64,000 nucleotides of DNA from Picochlorum sp. SENEW3 (lineage: Eukaryota), in assembly GCA_034226945.1 (NCBI GenBank), contig CP120462.1:186001-250000 (forward strand), given 5' to 3'. How positions within the stretch are numbered: the first letter of the stretch is position 1; each line of letters opens with the position of its first letter. Of this stretch, positions 46,758-59,490 are shown piece after piece. A model generated the notes under the pieces. That model was not told the DNA's origin and ran no database searches. It saw nothing but the letters and a program-made list of their open reading frames with translations. The translations under genes and the position numbers were made by a program.

Positions 46758-47923
46758 ATATGACCTTTTCAGGCCTGCACAAACACTCATTATTACCAAT
46801 GTATGGCAAATGCCACGTAGCATACATACCCAAAGAGGGTACAATAGTGGGATTAAGCAAATTATCGCGAGTGATATCCAGTCTGTCGGTGCGGGGGCTG
46901 CAGCTTGGGCCAGAGTTTTGTGACAAGGTGCTGCAGGTTGTGGATCGAACTGTGTTCAATAACGGGGGAATTGTGGTCGTGTTGGATGTGTTCGAGTATC
47001 ATCGTCATCATGAGCAACGTTATATCTATAGCAGGGCATCGGGCGCCTTTTCTGATCAGGGGGAAACTGTGTACCATGCTGAGGAAGTCTTTGCATTGCT
47101 TGGAATTGATATCAATTCGGTATGCGACGTGGAACATAGCACCGAGAATCCCTTAATAAAAGATCCAAATAGTAATGATAGTGAATACATAGAAGCCGTG
47201 AGTGATGCGGTGGGGGTGCTGCTCGAATCAGTGGGGGAAGATCCTGACACTGCCGAGGCACGATCTTCAGCGCAGACATATGCATCATGGTTTGTTCAAT
47301 CCACGCGTGGATACTCCATGGAACAAAAGTCTTTCGAACGTTTTTCAAGGGATAATTATCATAACAATAATACGAGTAGCACCAGTGGATTATCCGCGGC
47401 CACAGACGTTGTTGTAGCAGTTGGAGATGACGATATGCCGTGTGATGATGATGCTCATGAACTGCATGGTGACCAGGAGGTCACAGAGACATATCACATT
47501 CCATGTACATCTCAATGCGAGCACCACCTCCTTCCATTTACAGGAGACGTTGTCGTATTATGTCGACGTAAGCATGATCCAAAAAAGACGTGGCAAAAGC
47601 CCACATTCCAGCACATGTGCGAGTATCAGGTGGAGATGTTTTCCAAGCGACTTCAGGTACAAGAGCGCCTGACGCAACAAATAGCTGATGGTATCTGGGG
47701 TTGTCTTGGAGATGATCACATGGTGAAGGAAATCATGGTGGTCTGCCAGTGCAAGCACATGTGTATGATTGCACGAGGGGTGCAGCAACATTGCACATCA
47801 ACCGCAACATATACTGTACGAGGTGACGGCCCTTGGTCCCAGGATGGCATGCAGCGATCGCAAGCTCTCGCACATGTTTTACAAGTACACTGTAGAAATA
47901 ATACTAATTGTCATAACAAGTGA
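46439..47923 (+). CDS. GCH1: GTP cyclohydrolase I, plant-type two-domain enzyme
   Basis: Domain 1: GLLDTPKRVA, GKCHVAYIP, VGLSKLSR. Domain 2: SQCEHHLLPF, RLQVQERLTQQIA, HMCMIARG. Start 46439 or 46511. Confidence 0.9.
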   Translation: MLEQLEWQADHGQCTSQKHIFQISMSKIRYEQQQDAVKTIIERGCRCKEDASRHGLLDTPKRVAQAWRSMAAGDGSIEHASDIIKNALFFEPILTTSPHCGFVLVKDMTFSGLHKHSLLPMYGKCHVAYIPKEGTIVGLSKLSRVISSLSVRGLQLGPEFCDKVLQVVDRTVFNNGGIVVVLDVFEYHRHHEQRYIYSRASGAFSDQGETVYHAEEVFALLGIDINSVCDVEHSTENPLIKDPNSNDSEYIEAVSDAVGVLLESVGEDPDTAEARSSAQTYASWFVQSTRGYSMEQKSFERFSRDNYHNNNTSSTSGLSAATDVVVAVGDDDMPCDDDAHELHGDQEVTETYHIPCTSQCEHHLLPFTGDVVVLCRRKHDPKKTWQKPTFQHMCEYQVEMFSKRLQVQERLTQQIADGIWGCLGDDHMVKEIMVVCQCKHMCMIARGVQQHCTSTATYTVRGDGPWSQDGMQRSQALAHVLQVHCRNNTNCHNK

Positions 47924-47982
47924 TGATGATGCAACAACATTCTTTACTTCTTATTGTATGTAAAATAAACTACAAAACAAAA

Positions 47983-48669
47983 TCAGAAAGAAAACCAGAG
48001 AAGAAGGAAGCATCCAACAACAGTATGCACAGACGCCTGACCGCTCTTTGAGGAAACAGCCCCTCCTTCACTCTTGATTGCATTTCTATTATCTCGCTCT
48101 CCATCTGGAACTCCAGTGTACCGACATCCACACTGCACCACAACACCATCTCCCAGCCTGTCAACAAACCCAACCAACTTTTTCTCCTCCCCATCAACCC
48201 TGATACCTCCGGCATCCGACTTTTCTTGGGAATATGGTTCTGTGTAATTAAACAATTCACCCAATGTTCTATTGTTGCTCAATGCATTGGAAATCAATTC
48301 TGCCTTTCTATCCTGCAAGGAAAGGCTCTCCTCTTCACGTGTATCCAGCAAGTCATCCAACGTTTTGTTTGCTGTGAAAGGATGCAGCACCAGAGCACTC
48401 TGACCAATCGTATCGACAGAGAAGGCAGATTGACTGAAGCAAAACACATATGGACCGGACGGATACTCCAGGTATGTCTTGTATCCATCAGAAACAAGCT
48501 GGGATACCCCTCCAGACTCTAGGGAGTCCTTGGCACCTTCCAAATACGTCACGCAAGCCGCAAAGTAATCCTCTTCGTGAGAAACACCCTCATGAGCAAA
48601 ACCACCCATGTAACAGAACAAGAGCACCGCTATGAAGCGCACCACAAGGTTGTACTGTTGCTGTACCAT
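47983..48669 (-). CDS. Secreted protein with a Cache-like domain and GPI-like tail
   Basis: 228 aa: signal peptide, YVFCF..VLHP..KTLDDLLD..FNYTEP..KLVGFVDRLGDGVVVQCG, hydrophobic C-terminus. Confidence 0.65.
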   Translation of the reverse strand: MVQQQYNLVVRFIAVLLFCYMGGFAHEGVSHEEDYFAACVTYLEGAKDSLESGGVSQLVSDGYKTYLEYPSGPYVFCFSQSAFSVDTIGQSALVLHPFTANKTLDDLLDTREEESLSLQDRKAELISNALSNNRTLGELFNYTEPYSQEKSDAGGIRVDGEEKKLVGFVDRLGDGVVVQCGCRYTGVPDGERDNRNAIKSEGGAVSSKSGQASVHTVVGCFLLLWFSF

Positions 48670-49015
48670 ACTGCTTGCTTCAAAGCAAAGAATTCTTATT
48701 CTCTCGTTCGATCAATGAATCCCCGATCGAGGACGTATACAAACACCATCAATTACATCCAGTAAATCAAACCCAGGATTTGAGGCGTGATACTGTAGAA
48801 ATATCAGATGACGCTACGCCGGTCGTCATCTTATGAGTCTCCCGAGTTCGGGAGCATTCTAATCCTGTCAGAATATTATGGGCCAGAATGGAGAGAATCC
48901 CCCTTGTCCATTGGCCATGATGATATCAGACTCCGATGGAGCACATCTACTTAGATAGAACTACATCTATTCTGCTGTATAATTATACCATATAGTTAAA
49001 TTTAAACCAATCACG

Positions 49016-50165
49016 ATGTTGTGCACGGTGCGTTGCTGAATACATTGAGAGAACACAGGTGGATGGGTGGATGATTTCCCTCAAGGCCTTCTTCTCTTTA
49101 CCTCAATCACGTTGTGGTTGATCCTGATGGTATATTCCTTTACTAATAATGCTTTATTATATGTAGGCTGTATCATCGACAACAAAGACATCTCTTCTTG
49201 GTCGCACTGCGGCAGTGTCTTCCAAGAGGACAAGCCGAGTGGTGGTGGTGCGTGCAGAGGAGGGAACCACTGACCTTGCCAAGGTACGAATGATTCGTTG
49301 TGATTGTAACACGTACGCTATGAGCAGCGTGTATCGGTGGGGGAGGGGGTGGTCGGGGTTACAGGATAGAATATGGATTGGGGTTGGATTCGATCAATGA
49401 TGTGTGTTGGTGTCCGGTCAAAGAATGGTGTTGATGGGTTCGTATGTTTTGCAGGCCTCTGAGCGTGTGAAAAAGGCCGGAGGATTGTATGCAAACTTTG
49501 CTTCCGATCAGTCATTGTCTTACTTGAACGGATCTCTCCCAGGAGACTACGGATTCGATCCTTTGGGATTGTCTGACCCAGAGGGAGCTGGAGGTTTCAT
49601 CACCCCAGAATGGTTGTCCTACTCTGAGGTCATCCATGGACGTTGGGCCATGCTTGGGGCCGCTGGATGCATTGCACCAGAGGTTTTGTCTGCCATGGGA
49701 TTGATTCCACAGACTGGAGATGAGGCTGTGTGGTTCCGTTCCGGAGTGATCCCACCAGCTGGTTCCTATGATAAATACTGGGTTGATCCATACACCTTGT
49801 TCTTTGTTGAGGTTGTATTGATGCAGTTTGCCGGAGCTAAGAGATACCAGGACTTCCGTTACCCAGGATCTCAGGGGAAGCAATACTTCTTGGGAATGGA
49901 GGCTGCATTCAATGGCAGTGGAAACCCAGCATACCCAGGAGGTCAGTTCTTCAACATGTTCAACTTGGGAAAGACCGAGGCTGCCATGAATGAATTGAAA
50001 TTGAAGGAAATTAAGAATGGAAGACTTGCTATGTTGGCCATGTTCGGATACGGAGCACAGGCAGTCATGACCCAAAAGGGTCCTTTTGCCAACTTGGTAG
50101 ACCATCTTGCTGATCCAGTTCACAACAACATGTTGGGAAACTTTGCCAACGCAATGAAGCATTAA
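49016..50165 (+). CDS. LHCA3: Photosystem I light-harvesting protein Lhca3 (exons 49016-49027, 49167-49283, 49455-50165)
   Basis: [65 protein letters not shown]. Confidence 0.93.
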
Positions 50166-50375
50166 ATTAGGTATGTGGTGATTAAAAGTAGACATCGTGT
50201 GGTGTCTTGCTTTCATGTAAAACATCTTTTACACTCTACGTTTACTCATAGTGGGTCCAGAAGAGAAGAGAAAAATTCTCTTCTGCTCCTCGTCCAAAGA
50301 GGATGAACGTTTGAAATTACGCTGGCACTCTCACACTCTCCCACAGAAGCGGAAAAAAAGTCAAAAATGACAATC

Positions 50376-52894
50376 TCATCCAAAGAGGCTGAACAGAATA
50401 CCGTCCTTGGTGTGGGCCAAGAAGAATGGCGCAAACACCAATGATTCAACAGCCATGAGCTTGATCAAAATATTCAAAGATGGGCCAGATGTATCCTTCA
50501 ATGGATCACCAACAGTGTCACCGATAACGGCAGCCTTGTGGGCGTCAGATCCCTTACCACCAAGACTTCTGGCGTGCTCGGATGCTCCAGCTTCAATGTA
50601 CTTTTTAGCATTATCCCATGCTCCACCAGTGTTGGACATGGACACGGCCATCTGAACTCCAGAAACCAAAGCTCCAGCCAAGACACCAGTCAATGCCTGT
50701 ACTCCAAACAGAATACCAACTATAACGGGTGTGAGCATGACAAGGCAACCTGGTGGGATCATCTCTGACAAGGATGCAGCCGTAGAAATCTCCACACATC
50801 TGCGGTAGTTTGGTCGACCAGTTCCTTCCATGAGTCCTTGAATGGTGGCAAACTGATGACGGACCTCTTCCACCATAGCAAGTGCAGCCTTACCAACAGA
50901 CTTCATTGTCATGGCAGAGAACCAGTATGGCAACATGGCTCCGACCAAGAGACCAGAGAAAATCTTTGGGTCCAAGATGGAGGATTGAGCAACATCAATG
51001 CCAGCACGGGTGATATAGGCTCCGAACAAGGCCAAGGAAACGAGCGCAGCGGATCCAATGGCAAATCCTTTACCGATTGCAGCCGTGGTGTTTCCAGCAG
51101 CATCCAAAGCATCCGTGCGTTCACGAATGTCCTCTCCCATGGCAGCCATTTCAGCGATGCCTCCAGCATTATCGGAAATTGGCCCATAAGCATCGATGGC
51201 AAGGCATGTAGACAGAGTTGACAGCATTCCCAATGCAGCGCATGCAATGCCGTACATTCCTCCAAGGGTGAATCCTGTGAAGATGCAAATGGCAATCATA
51301 AAGCATGGAACAATGGCAGACTTGTATCCAAGAGCCAATCCAAAGATAATGTCTGTTGCAGCACCTGTTCTGCAAGAGTCTGCCACATCCTGAACAGGGG
51401 TGTATGTGTTTGAGGTGTAGTACTCGGTGATGAGTCCAATAATGAGCCCACCCCAAATTCCACTTGCAATGCAGATGAAAATGTGCCAGTTCTTTGCAGC
51501 CACTGTTGGATCTGCAAAGAGACCAGTGAACTCTGATGGCAAAGCCATCATCGACAAAATATATGCAGCAGGTGTCATAATGGCAGTGGACAAGATGAGT
51601 TGGTACTTCAAGGTGGACTCAATCTCATTCATAGCCTTGGCTGGATGGAAGTCTGTGGCAATGAGGGTCACTCCAATGCACACAATAATTCCAGTGGCAG
51701 TAATCATCAATGGGAAACACATTCCTACCCAAGAGTGAGATGCTCCAAGGGAAGAAACAGATGACACAACCAGAGCAGCGCATGTAGCCTCTGCAAATGA
51801 TCCAAACAAATCTGCTCCCATTCCAGCAATATCTCCAACATTGTCTCCAACATTGTCAGCAATCACAGCTGGGTTACGTGGATCGTCCTCTGGAATATCT
51901 TTCTCTACTTTACCGACCAAATCGGCACCAACATCAGCAGCTTTCGTGTAGATTCCTCCTCCAACACGTCCGAACAATGCAATGGATGAACCTCCAAGAC
52001 CGTATCCTGTGATGGCCTCATACATGCCCTCCCAGTCATCTCCAAACACCTTGCGGTACACCATGATGAGAACATACAAAACAAGCAAAGCATTTCCTGC
52101 CAACAGGAATCCCATGACTGCTCCAGATCTAAAAGCAGCCATGAATGCTGGAGCAACCCCCTTGCGAGCCTCCAATGAGGTCCTCGCATTGGCATAAGTG
52201 GCAATGTTCATTCCCAAATATCCTGACAAAATGGACGTCACAGCACCAATAATAAAGGAAATTGTCGAGAAGGCTCCATTGTAGAGACCTGGAGCTCTCA
52301 AAATACCAGATTCGTCCTCCTTCCATGTAGAGCTGAACCCATCCTCTGAACTCAACAACACAAAGACCACCACAGAGAACAGCGCCATGAAAACACTGAC
52401 ATACTTGTACTCTGTGAACAAAAAGCTGTTCGCTCCCTCTCTGATAGCCTCCTGAAGATCAGCTGCCTTCTCTTCAATCTACATGAAAACCACGTGTCCG
52501 TCGTGAGCAGATGCTGCGATCCAATGTCAGACACAAAAAATATGCCAAACCCAAACCCATAACCACTTCATCCTTATCATGATGCATATAAAATTATCCA
52601 TCCAACCAGACTTTGTGCCAATCACACACAAATACGGCCACAGGTGACACGTCCTCGTCGGCTGGATCCGACGTACGAAATACTCTACACACATACCTCT
52701 CCCTCTCCATGCTGCTCCTCTTCAAGGAGATATTCCCTTCCAGTCTCTGAAGTAGAAACAGTTCCTCCTCGGACTTGAATGAGTGATACTCTGTACCATA
52801 ACCAGATTGCAAAAATCACACCTGCGACAGCGGAGAGCGGGATTCCCACTGTCGCAACCCAATCAGGGAAGATTGTTGATAATTCCTCCGACAT
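50376..52894 (-). CDS. AVP1: Vacuolar H+-translocating pyrophosphatase (intron 52696-52479)
   Basis: [54 protein letters not shown]. Confidence 0.97.
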
Positions 52895-53148
52895 ACTTGT
52901 CTCTTGATCGTCTCGAAAGAAACAAAACAATTTTTCTATCGGAGCAGGGGTGCGGCGTACCCTGATGCAATCTTCGTTAGGGTTTTTCTGCATGTCTCCC
53001 ACATGAATTAAAATTGTCTCTTGGTGGATCCGATCGATCAGATCATCAGGCTGTGATTCGACGCATGTCGCACGCCTGGTAGGTGTTTTTCTATTACAAG
53101 GAGAAGGAGGAGAGATACAGTAGTACTATTGCTATGTCTTTATGGCAC

Positions 53149-54222
<1,074 letters not shown>

Positions 54223-54521
54223 GGTTGGTATACAATTATAAGAGTTTATACAGTCTTTCTGTCGTCAAAACTTGTCGAATTATCTCTGTTGGAGTCTGTT
54301 CGTGGTATGGCGGTTGAATTTGAAATTTTTTGAATTCGCCGTGAAGACTATTCCCATCAAAGACTGCCTTGGATGGGATAGTATGTATCACAAGTCCTCG
54401 TTCAGATATACCCTATCAAACAAGCTGTTGAGCGGTCCATCGAAACCTTTCTTTCTATTCTTCTATGCACTCCGTGTGATTGCAAGGAATTGATGGCGCA
54501 TTCAGGCATTTTTTATATAGC

Positions 54522-55952
54522 ATGTTTTACGGAATGATACGGTGTACTAGAATGCACAATGTGCGTTCTGCTGGGGTGTCTTTCCCGAGCAAGCTGCATG
54601 GCACCAAAAGGACAGTCAAATACTGTGCTCGTAGGTCGGTGCAAACGCATTCCAGCGCGATAGATGAAATTACGATTGTCAGGCCAGATGATTGGCATTT
54701 ACACGTTCGTGATGGACCAGGTCTGGATAGCGTGGTTCCTCTCAGTGCTGCCCAGTTTGGAAGGGCAATTATTATGCCAAATCTGGTTCCGCCAGTCACG
54801 AATACCGCGATGGCTCTAGATTATAAGACTAAGATATTAAATGCAGTACCTACGCAATACAGTGCTAGATTTACACCTCTGATGACTCTGTACCTGACTG
54901 ATAACACGACCCCAGAGGAAATCTACCAGGCAAAAGAACAGGGTGTGGTGGCGTTGAAAATGTATCCAGCTGGAGCTACAACCAATAGTGATTCAGGAGT
55001 GACAGATTGGAAAAAGTGTATTGATGCTATGAAGGCGATGGAGGAGGTATGTGTGTGCACCATATCCCCCTGAATGAATGATTGGTAGCCTCCTTCGTAA
55101 TCGTGTCAACATGTTCAAGAGTGATATTGATTCCATTCGGAGGCAACATCAACGTGGATGCTCCAAGGGGAGTTCTTCCCCTGCCTCGGTGGATTCGTTT
55201 ATGACAAAACGTTCCCAAAACCAGGCAACATCCCTACAATCTATGAGTTTTCTTCCTCTTCAAGCCATTTGCATGACAAAATCCATGCCATTGTGCAGGT
55301 TGATATGCCCTTGTTGGTCCACGGAGAAGTCACCGATCCAAGCATTGATTTTTTTGATAGGGAAGCAGAATTCATCAAAAGGGTTCTCACACCATTGTTG
55401 GAAACCATGCCAAACCTGCGGGTTGTCATGGAGCACATCACCACCAAAAATGCTGCTGAATTCGTCGCATCTGCCCCTTCCAATGTAGCTGCCTCCATAA
55501 CACCACAGCATATCCTTTGGAACCGAAACTCTCTCTTTGTTGGTGGCCTCCGCCCACATGCCTTTTGCTTACCCATCCTGAAGAGAGAAAGTCACCGAGA
55601 AGCTGTTGCTGCAGCTGCCATGAGTGGGAGCAAAAAGTTCTTCTTAGGAACCGACAGCGCTCCGCATCCGAAAGGCGCCAAGGAATCTGCCTGTGGATGC
55701 GCTGGTATTTTCAGCGCCCCTGTTGCATTGCCGCTCTACACACATGCCTTTGAGATGGCAGGTGCCCTCAGTGCCCTTGAATCCTTCACCAGTTTCAATG
55801 GACCAGATTTTTACAAACTGAACCGAAACACTGATACTATTACCTTACGGAAAGAGGCCTGGACTGTCCCAGATTCGTATGAATTTGGAGATGATACTGT
55901 AGTACCCATGTGGGCAGGACTAGAGTGCCCTTGGAAGATTGTTGCATCATGA
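54522..55952 (+). CDS. PYR4: Dihydroorotase, PyrC type II (intron 55047-55298)
   Basis: [51 protein letters not shown]. Confidence 0.95.
55088..55151 (+). ncRNA. Putative intronic H/ACA-type guide hairpin 1
   Basis: gcctcc/ggaggc basal stem, internal pocket, upper stem, ACA(TCA) at 55146, 14 nt from the pocket top; pocket complements LSU GAAUGGA..ACGAG. Confidence 0.6.
55182..55233 (+). ncRNA. Putative intronic H/ACA-type guide hairpin 2
   Basis: tgcct/aggca basal stem, ACA at 55228, 14 nt from the pocket top; pocket complements SSU UUUUGGG..CCGG. Confidence 0.5.
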
Positions 55953-56143
55953 TTTTTTCCATCTTGAAATCACACCACTCATATAACTAGATTAATTCGA
56001 AAATAGGTTCATAATTCGGAACTTGGTATAGTGTGCAGGGTTGCTACACAGAGTACAACCTTCTTGAAGACCTTGGTTCCCCTGTTTCTGCAACCTTGTT
56101 CTATCCCATGGGGGCATATCGATAGGCGTAATTGTAAGATAAT

Positions 56144-57522
56144 ATGGCAACAGTCAGCCGACTCTCGAATTCGGTGCTGCGCCAGGCATTCGCTGCCAAA
56201 CAAAGCGGCGTCCGCCTTGGAGACCATTATCCGAAAGAACTTGTCGACGATGTTTTTGCATGTGCCCTTAAAAAGCAAACCGGAGTCAGTTTGAAATATA
56301 TGTACGTGAATTGTGTGCATAATAGCATGTGAGAGCGATGTATGGGAGAGGGTTGTCGAAAGACCCTCTACCCTCGGTCGATTGAAACAACGTCTGTCCG
56401 TCAGCCTGCGGTTTGGCCTTGACTATCGGATGCATTTCGATACACAATATTATTGCATATCTGCGCTGTCTCGTATGATTTCATGGGTGTGAATGTCACT
56501 GTTGCAGGTTGGACTTTGGGTCAAAGCCTATAGAAAGGCAACTCATCCTTTCGGCACAATTTCTGCACAATGAATTGCCCGTAAGGCTTGCCCATAGGGT
56601 TGCAGAGCTAGAAAACTTACCGTATGGTCTTTCTGCGAAGCCTCATGTGCTGAAAGTGCGTGATTGGTATGTCGAATCCTTCAAGGAGCTCCGTAATTTC
56701 CCCAAGGTAAAGGATGCTCAGGACGAGGTGCAGTTGACAACTTTATTGCGAAGTATTTACACAAGGCATCGCAATGTTGTACCAGTCATGGCTATGGGTG
56801 TTGCAGAATTGAAGCGGGAACTGTCTAGTAGTATTGGATTGAATGATCTCCCTGATATTCATCAATTTTTGGATGGGTTTTACATGTCTCGTATTGGATT
56901 GAGAATGCTTATTGGACAGCATATTGCGCTTAAAGAGCCGCAGAAAGAGAATCATATAGGTTTGATCGATACAAAGTGCTCACCAGGTGTGATTTGTTCT
57001 CATGCAATCGACGATGCACGAACAATCTGCATGAGAGAGAAAGGGGATGCTCCAGAAGTGGTCGTATATGGAGATCCCACGTTCACATTTCCTTATGTGC
57101 CTTCACATTTGCATCACATGGTCTTTGAGCTGGTGAAAAACTCCCTGAGAGCAGTGTATGATAGATATGAGGATGCAGACCATGAGCCACCTCCAATTCG
57201 GGTTGTTGTTGCTGAAGGAGAGGAAGATATCACAATAAAGTGCTCCGATGAAGGTGGTGGAATTCCTAGGTCGGGTTTGCCCAAAATCTGGACATATTTG
57301 TACACAACAGCAAAATCCCCGTTGGAAGAAATGGACGATGAGGATCCAGAGACAGCAGATGGCCCCTCTGTTCTGGCTGGATATGGATATGGGCTTCCGA
57401 TTTCTAGACTGTATGCCAGATACTTTGGCGGAGACTTGTCAATAATTTCAATGGAAGGGTATGGCACAGATGCCTACCTTCATTTGAATAGACTAGGAAA
57501 CGTCCAGGAGCCGCTCCCCTAA
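56144..57522 (+). CDS. PDK: Mitochondrial pyruvate dehydrogenase kinase (intron 56302-56507)
   Basis: KQTGVSLKYM, ELPVRLAHRV, FELVKNSLRA, SDEGGGIPRS, LAGYGYGLPISRLYARYFGG. Confidence 0.96.
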
Positions 57523-57587
57523 TAAATGCTTGTGGTCTATCATTTTTCTTGATACAAAAATTTTACATTAGTGTATTCGATCCGATG

Positions 57588-58061
57588 TTATTGCGACCTT
57601 TCCGCCTTGGTATCACTACTACTGCTACTACTACTCTGCCTGAACTCAACATACCGCCTCATCTGATTCATCTGCACAGCTTCATTCGAGGCATGGCATG
57701 CAAATAATATGTAGTTCCGTGGTTCAATCATCCAAGCAAATCGCATGAAAAGGAGGCTATAAACACACATTGCTGCTGTCATATTTGGTGAAATCATCTC
57801 TGCTGGTTTTGAACTGTCAGCAATACCCTACAACAGTGACAGCGTATGACCCAGTATCATTCCCACATCTAGAATATCAACAAATTACATCACACATTGA
57901 CTTCAAACAGTTGCAAACAGAATCAAACATACCGCAACGACGAAACCCCAGTTTGCCACTGGACCCCAGAAATGGGTGGTCTTGGGACCGGTGGGACTGC
58001 TAATCCATGCTTTTAATTTATGGACCATTGAGGTTCCAGTTTTTGCAGCATTAGCACTCAT
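57588..58061 (-). CDS. MPC1: Mitochondrial pyruvate carrier 1 (exons 58061-57933, 57827-57588)
   Basis: GPKTTHFWGPVANWGFVVA-GIAD..PAEMISPNMT, FMRFAWMIEPRNYILFACH. Confidence 0.93.
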
Positions 58062-58223
58062 CGTGATCCAGAGAACTCGATGAACAGAGGCACAGAGTAG
58101 TATACAGTCCCTTGTTCGTCCTTGTAGTGCTCCTAACAATGGCTGTGGTTACAATACATGTACAATAATAAGAAATAATAAATACTGCAAATTATATTAG
58201 TGTGAGGATCATGCAAATATCGG

Positions 58224-59468
58224 TCACGGCGCCTTTGGATTCCATGGTCTGTCTGGACATGATGGTGGGGTCATCTTTGGTGTGCATCGAACGATACCAT
58301 CCTCTTGACCCTTGTCGCACGAGTCAAATGCCCATGCTCCTGATGCCATGAGTGTCTTCATCTTCACATCGTATACGCTGTCTGTTCCGGATTGTACGGT
58401 GCATATTGTGTGAGCAAAGAGCAATGAGGAATGGCACATGTCAAAGGGGAAGTCAGGATGATCTGGTTTTCCAAAGATGCAGTGATCGTGGTATGAACTG
58501 TAATACGGAGGATCAAATGTTCGAATCAGCATGGTTGGATAGCCACTGCCATCACTGCTCGGATCACCAGAGGATGGTTCTTGACGATGAACACTGGATA
58601 AACACTCATCCCGAACCATACATTGGACAATCTGGAATCCATTCTCCGCCACATTATTCTGCCCAATTATTTCAGCGAGTAGTAACTGGTCATTTTGCTC
58701 TGGGATCGGTGTCTTCATGCTTTCCAACCAGCGCGCCATGAACATTTTTGCAGCTGTTGTTGGCAGAATCACATAATTGCCAGTGTTCACATACCCCCAT
58801 TCCTTCTGAAAGGCTGCATCAGCTGTCACAGAGTCGCTTAGCATCATATATGATGCATAATTTTTCCATACATCTTTTGCATAATACACATCAAAATCGC
58901 TGGAATGTACTGCATATCCATGCCTCAATAACATGTCAACAACTTGGACTTTTGCACGGGTGACTTGTTTATACCAGGGCGAATTGAATGTCTGTGCGCT
59001 AGTCGCTGCCGTAGTGGAAGACTCTGAAAACAGATGCGACACATCCGCGCAGGGTAAGCCAAGCTCTTGACATAATGCAATATTATCCATGGCAGCAACA
59101 ATGAAGTTGTCTGCTTTACCATTCACAACCAAACTGTACACACAATTCTGCAATAGTTCCATTCTATCACCAGCAGCATGTATGACTGTGATTGTGTTGT
59201 ATTTGAAGCGCCTCTTGGCCCTCATCTTTGCCAATGTGAGCAAATCTGTCGTTGAATACCGTTTCTTCCCAGTCACACCAGAGAGCCAAGGAGCTCCCTG
59301 CCGAATATCCCGAGAGAATAGCGAACCAACCCCGTATGTATCATATTTCTGAGACAGTACCCAAAAGATGATGCTCAATCCAAACAATAACAGAACAGTC
59401 GACTCCAGAACAACCATGACATGTCCACTTTTGTTTTTACGACGCCACCAAGTCGCCAGGAGAGTCAT
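58224..59468 (-). CDS. Type II membrane nucleotide-diphospho-sugar transferase (GT77-like)
   Basis: N-terminal TM segment, FIVAAMD..LC..LGLPC, SDFDVYY (DxD), VNTGNY. Confidence 0.75.
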   Translation of the reverse strand: MTLLATWWRRKNKSGHVMVVLESTVLLLFGLSIIFWVLSQKYDTYGVGSLFSRDIRQGAPWLSGVTGKKRYSTTDLLTLAKMRAKRRFKYNTITVIHAAGDRMELLQNCVYSLVVNGKADNFIVAAMDNIALCQELGLPCADVSHLFSESSTTAATSAQTFNSPWYKQVTRAKVQVVDMLLRHGYAVHSSDFDVYYAKDVWKNYASYMMLSDSVTADAAFQKEWGYVNTGNYVILPTTAAKMFMARWLESMKTPIPEQNDQLLLAEIIGQNNVAENGFQIVQCMVRDECLSSVHRQEPSSGDPSSDGSGYPTMLIRTFDPPYYSSYHDHCIFGKPDHPDFPFDMCHSSLLFAHTICTVQSGTDSVYDVKMKTLMASGAWAFDSCDKGQEDGIVRCTPKMTPPSCPDRPWNPKAP

Positions 59469-59490
59469 TCTTTCTGGGCTTTTACATTTT

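Noticed and set aside
49127..49166. ATG-only first exon with a 37-nt intron for LHCA3
   Set aside because: ATG 49016 with a GTGCGT donor gives a more typical intron and transit peptide.
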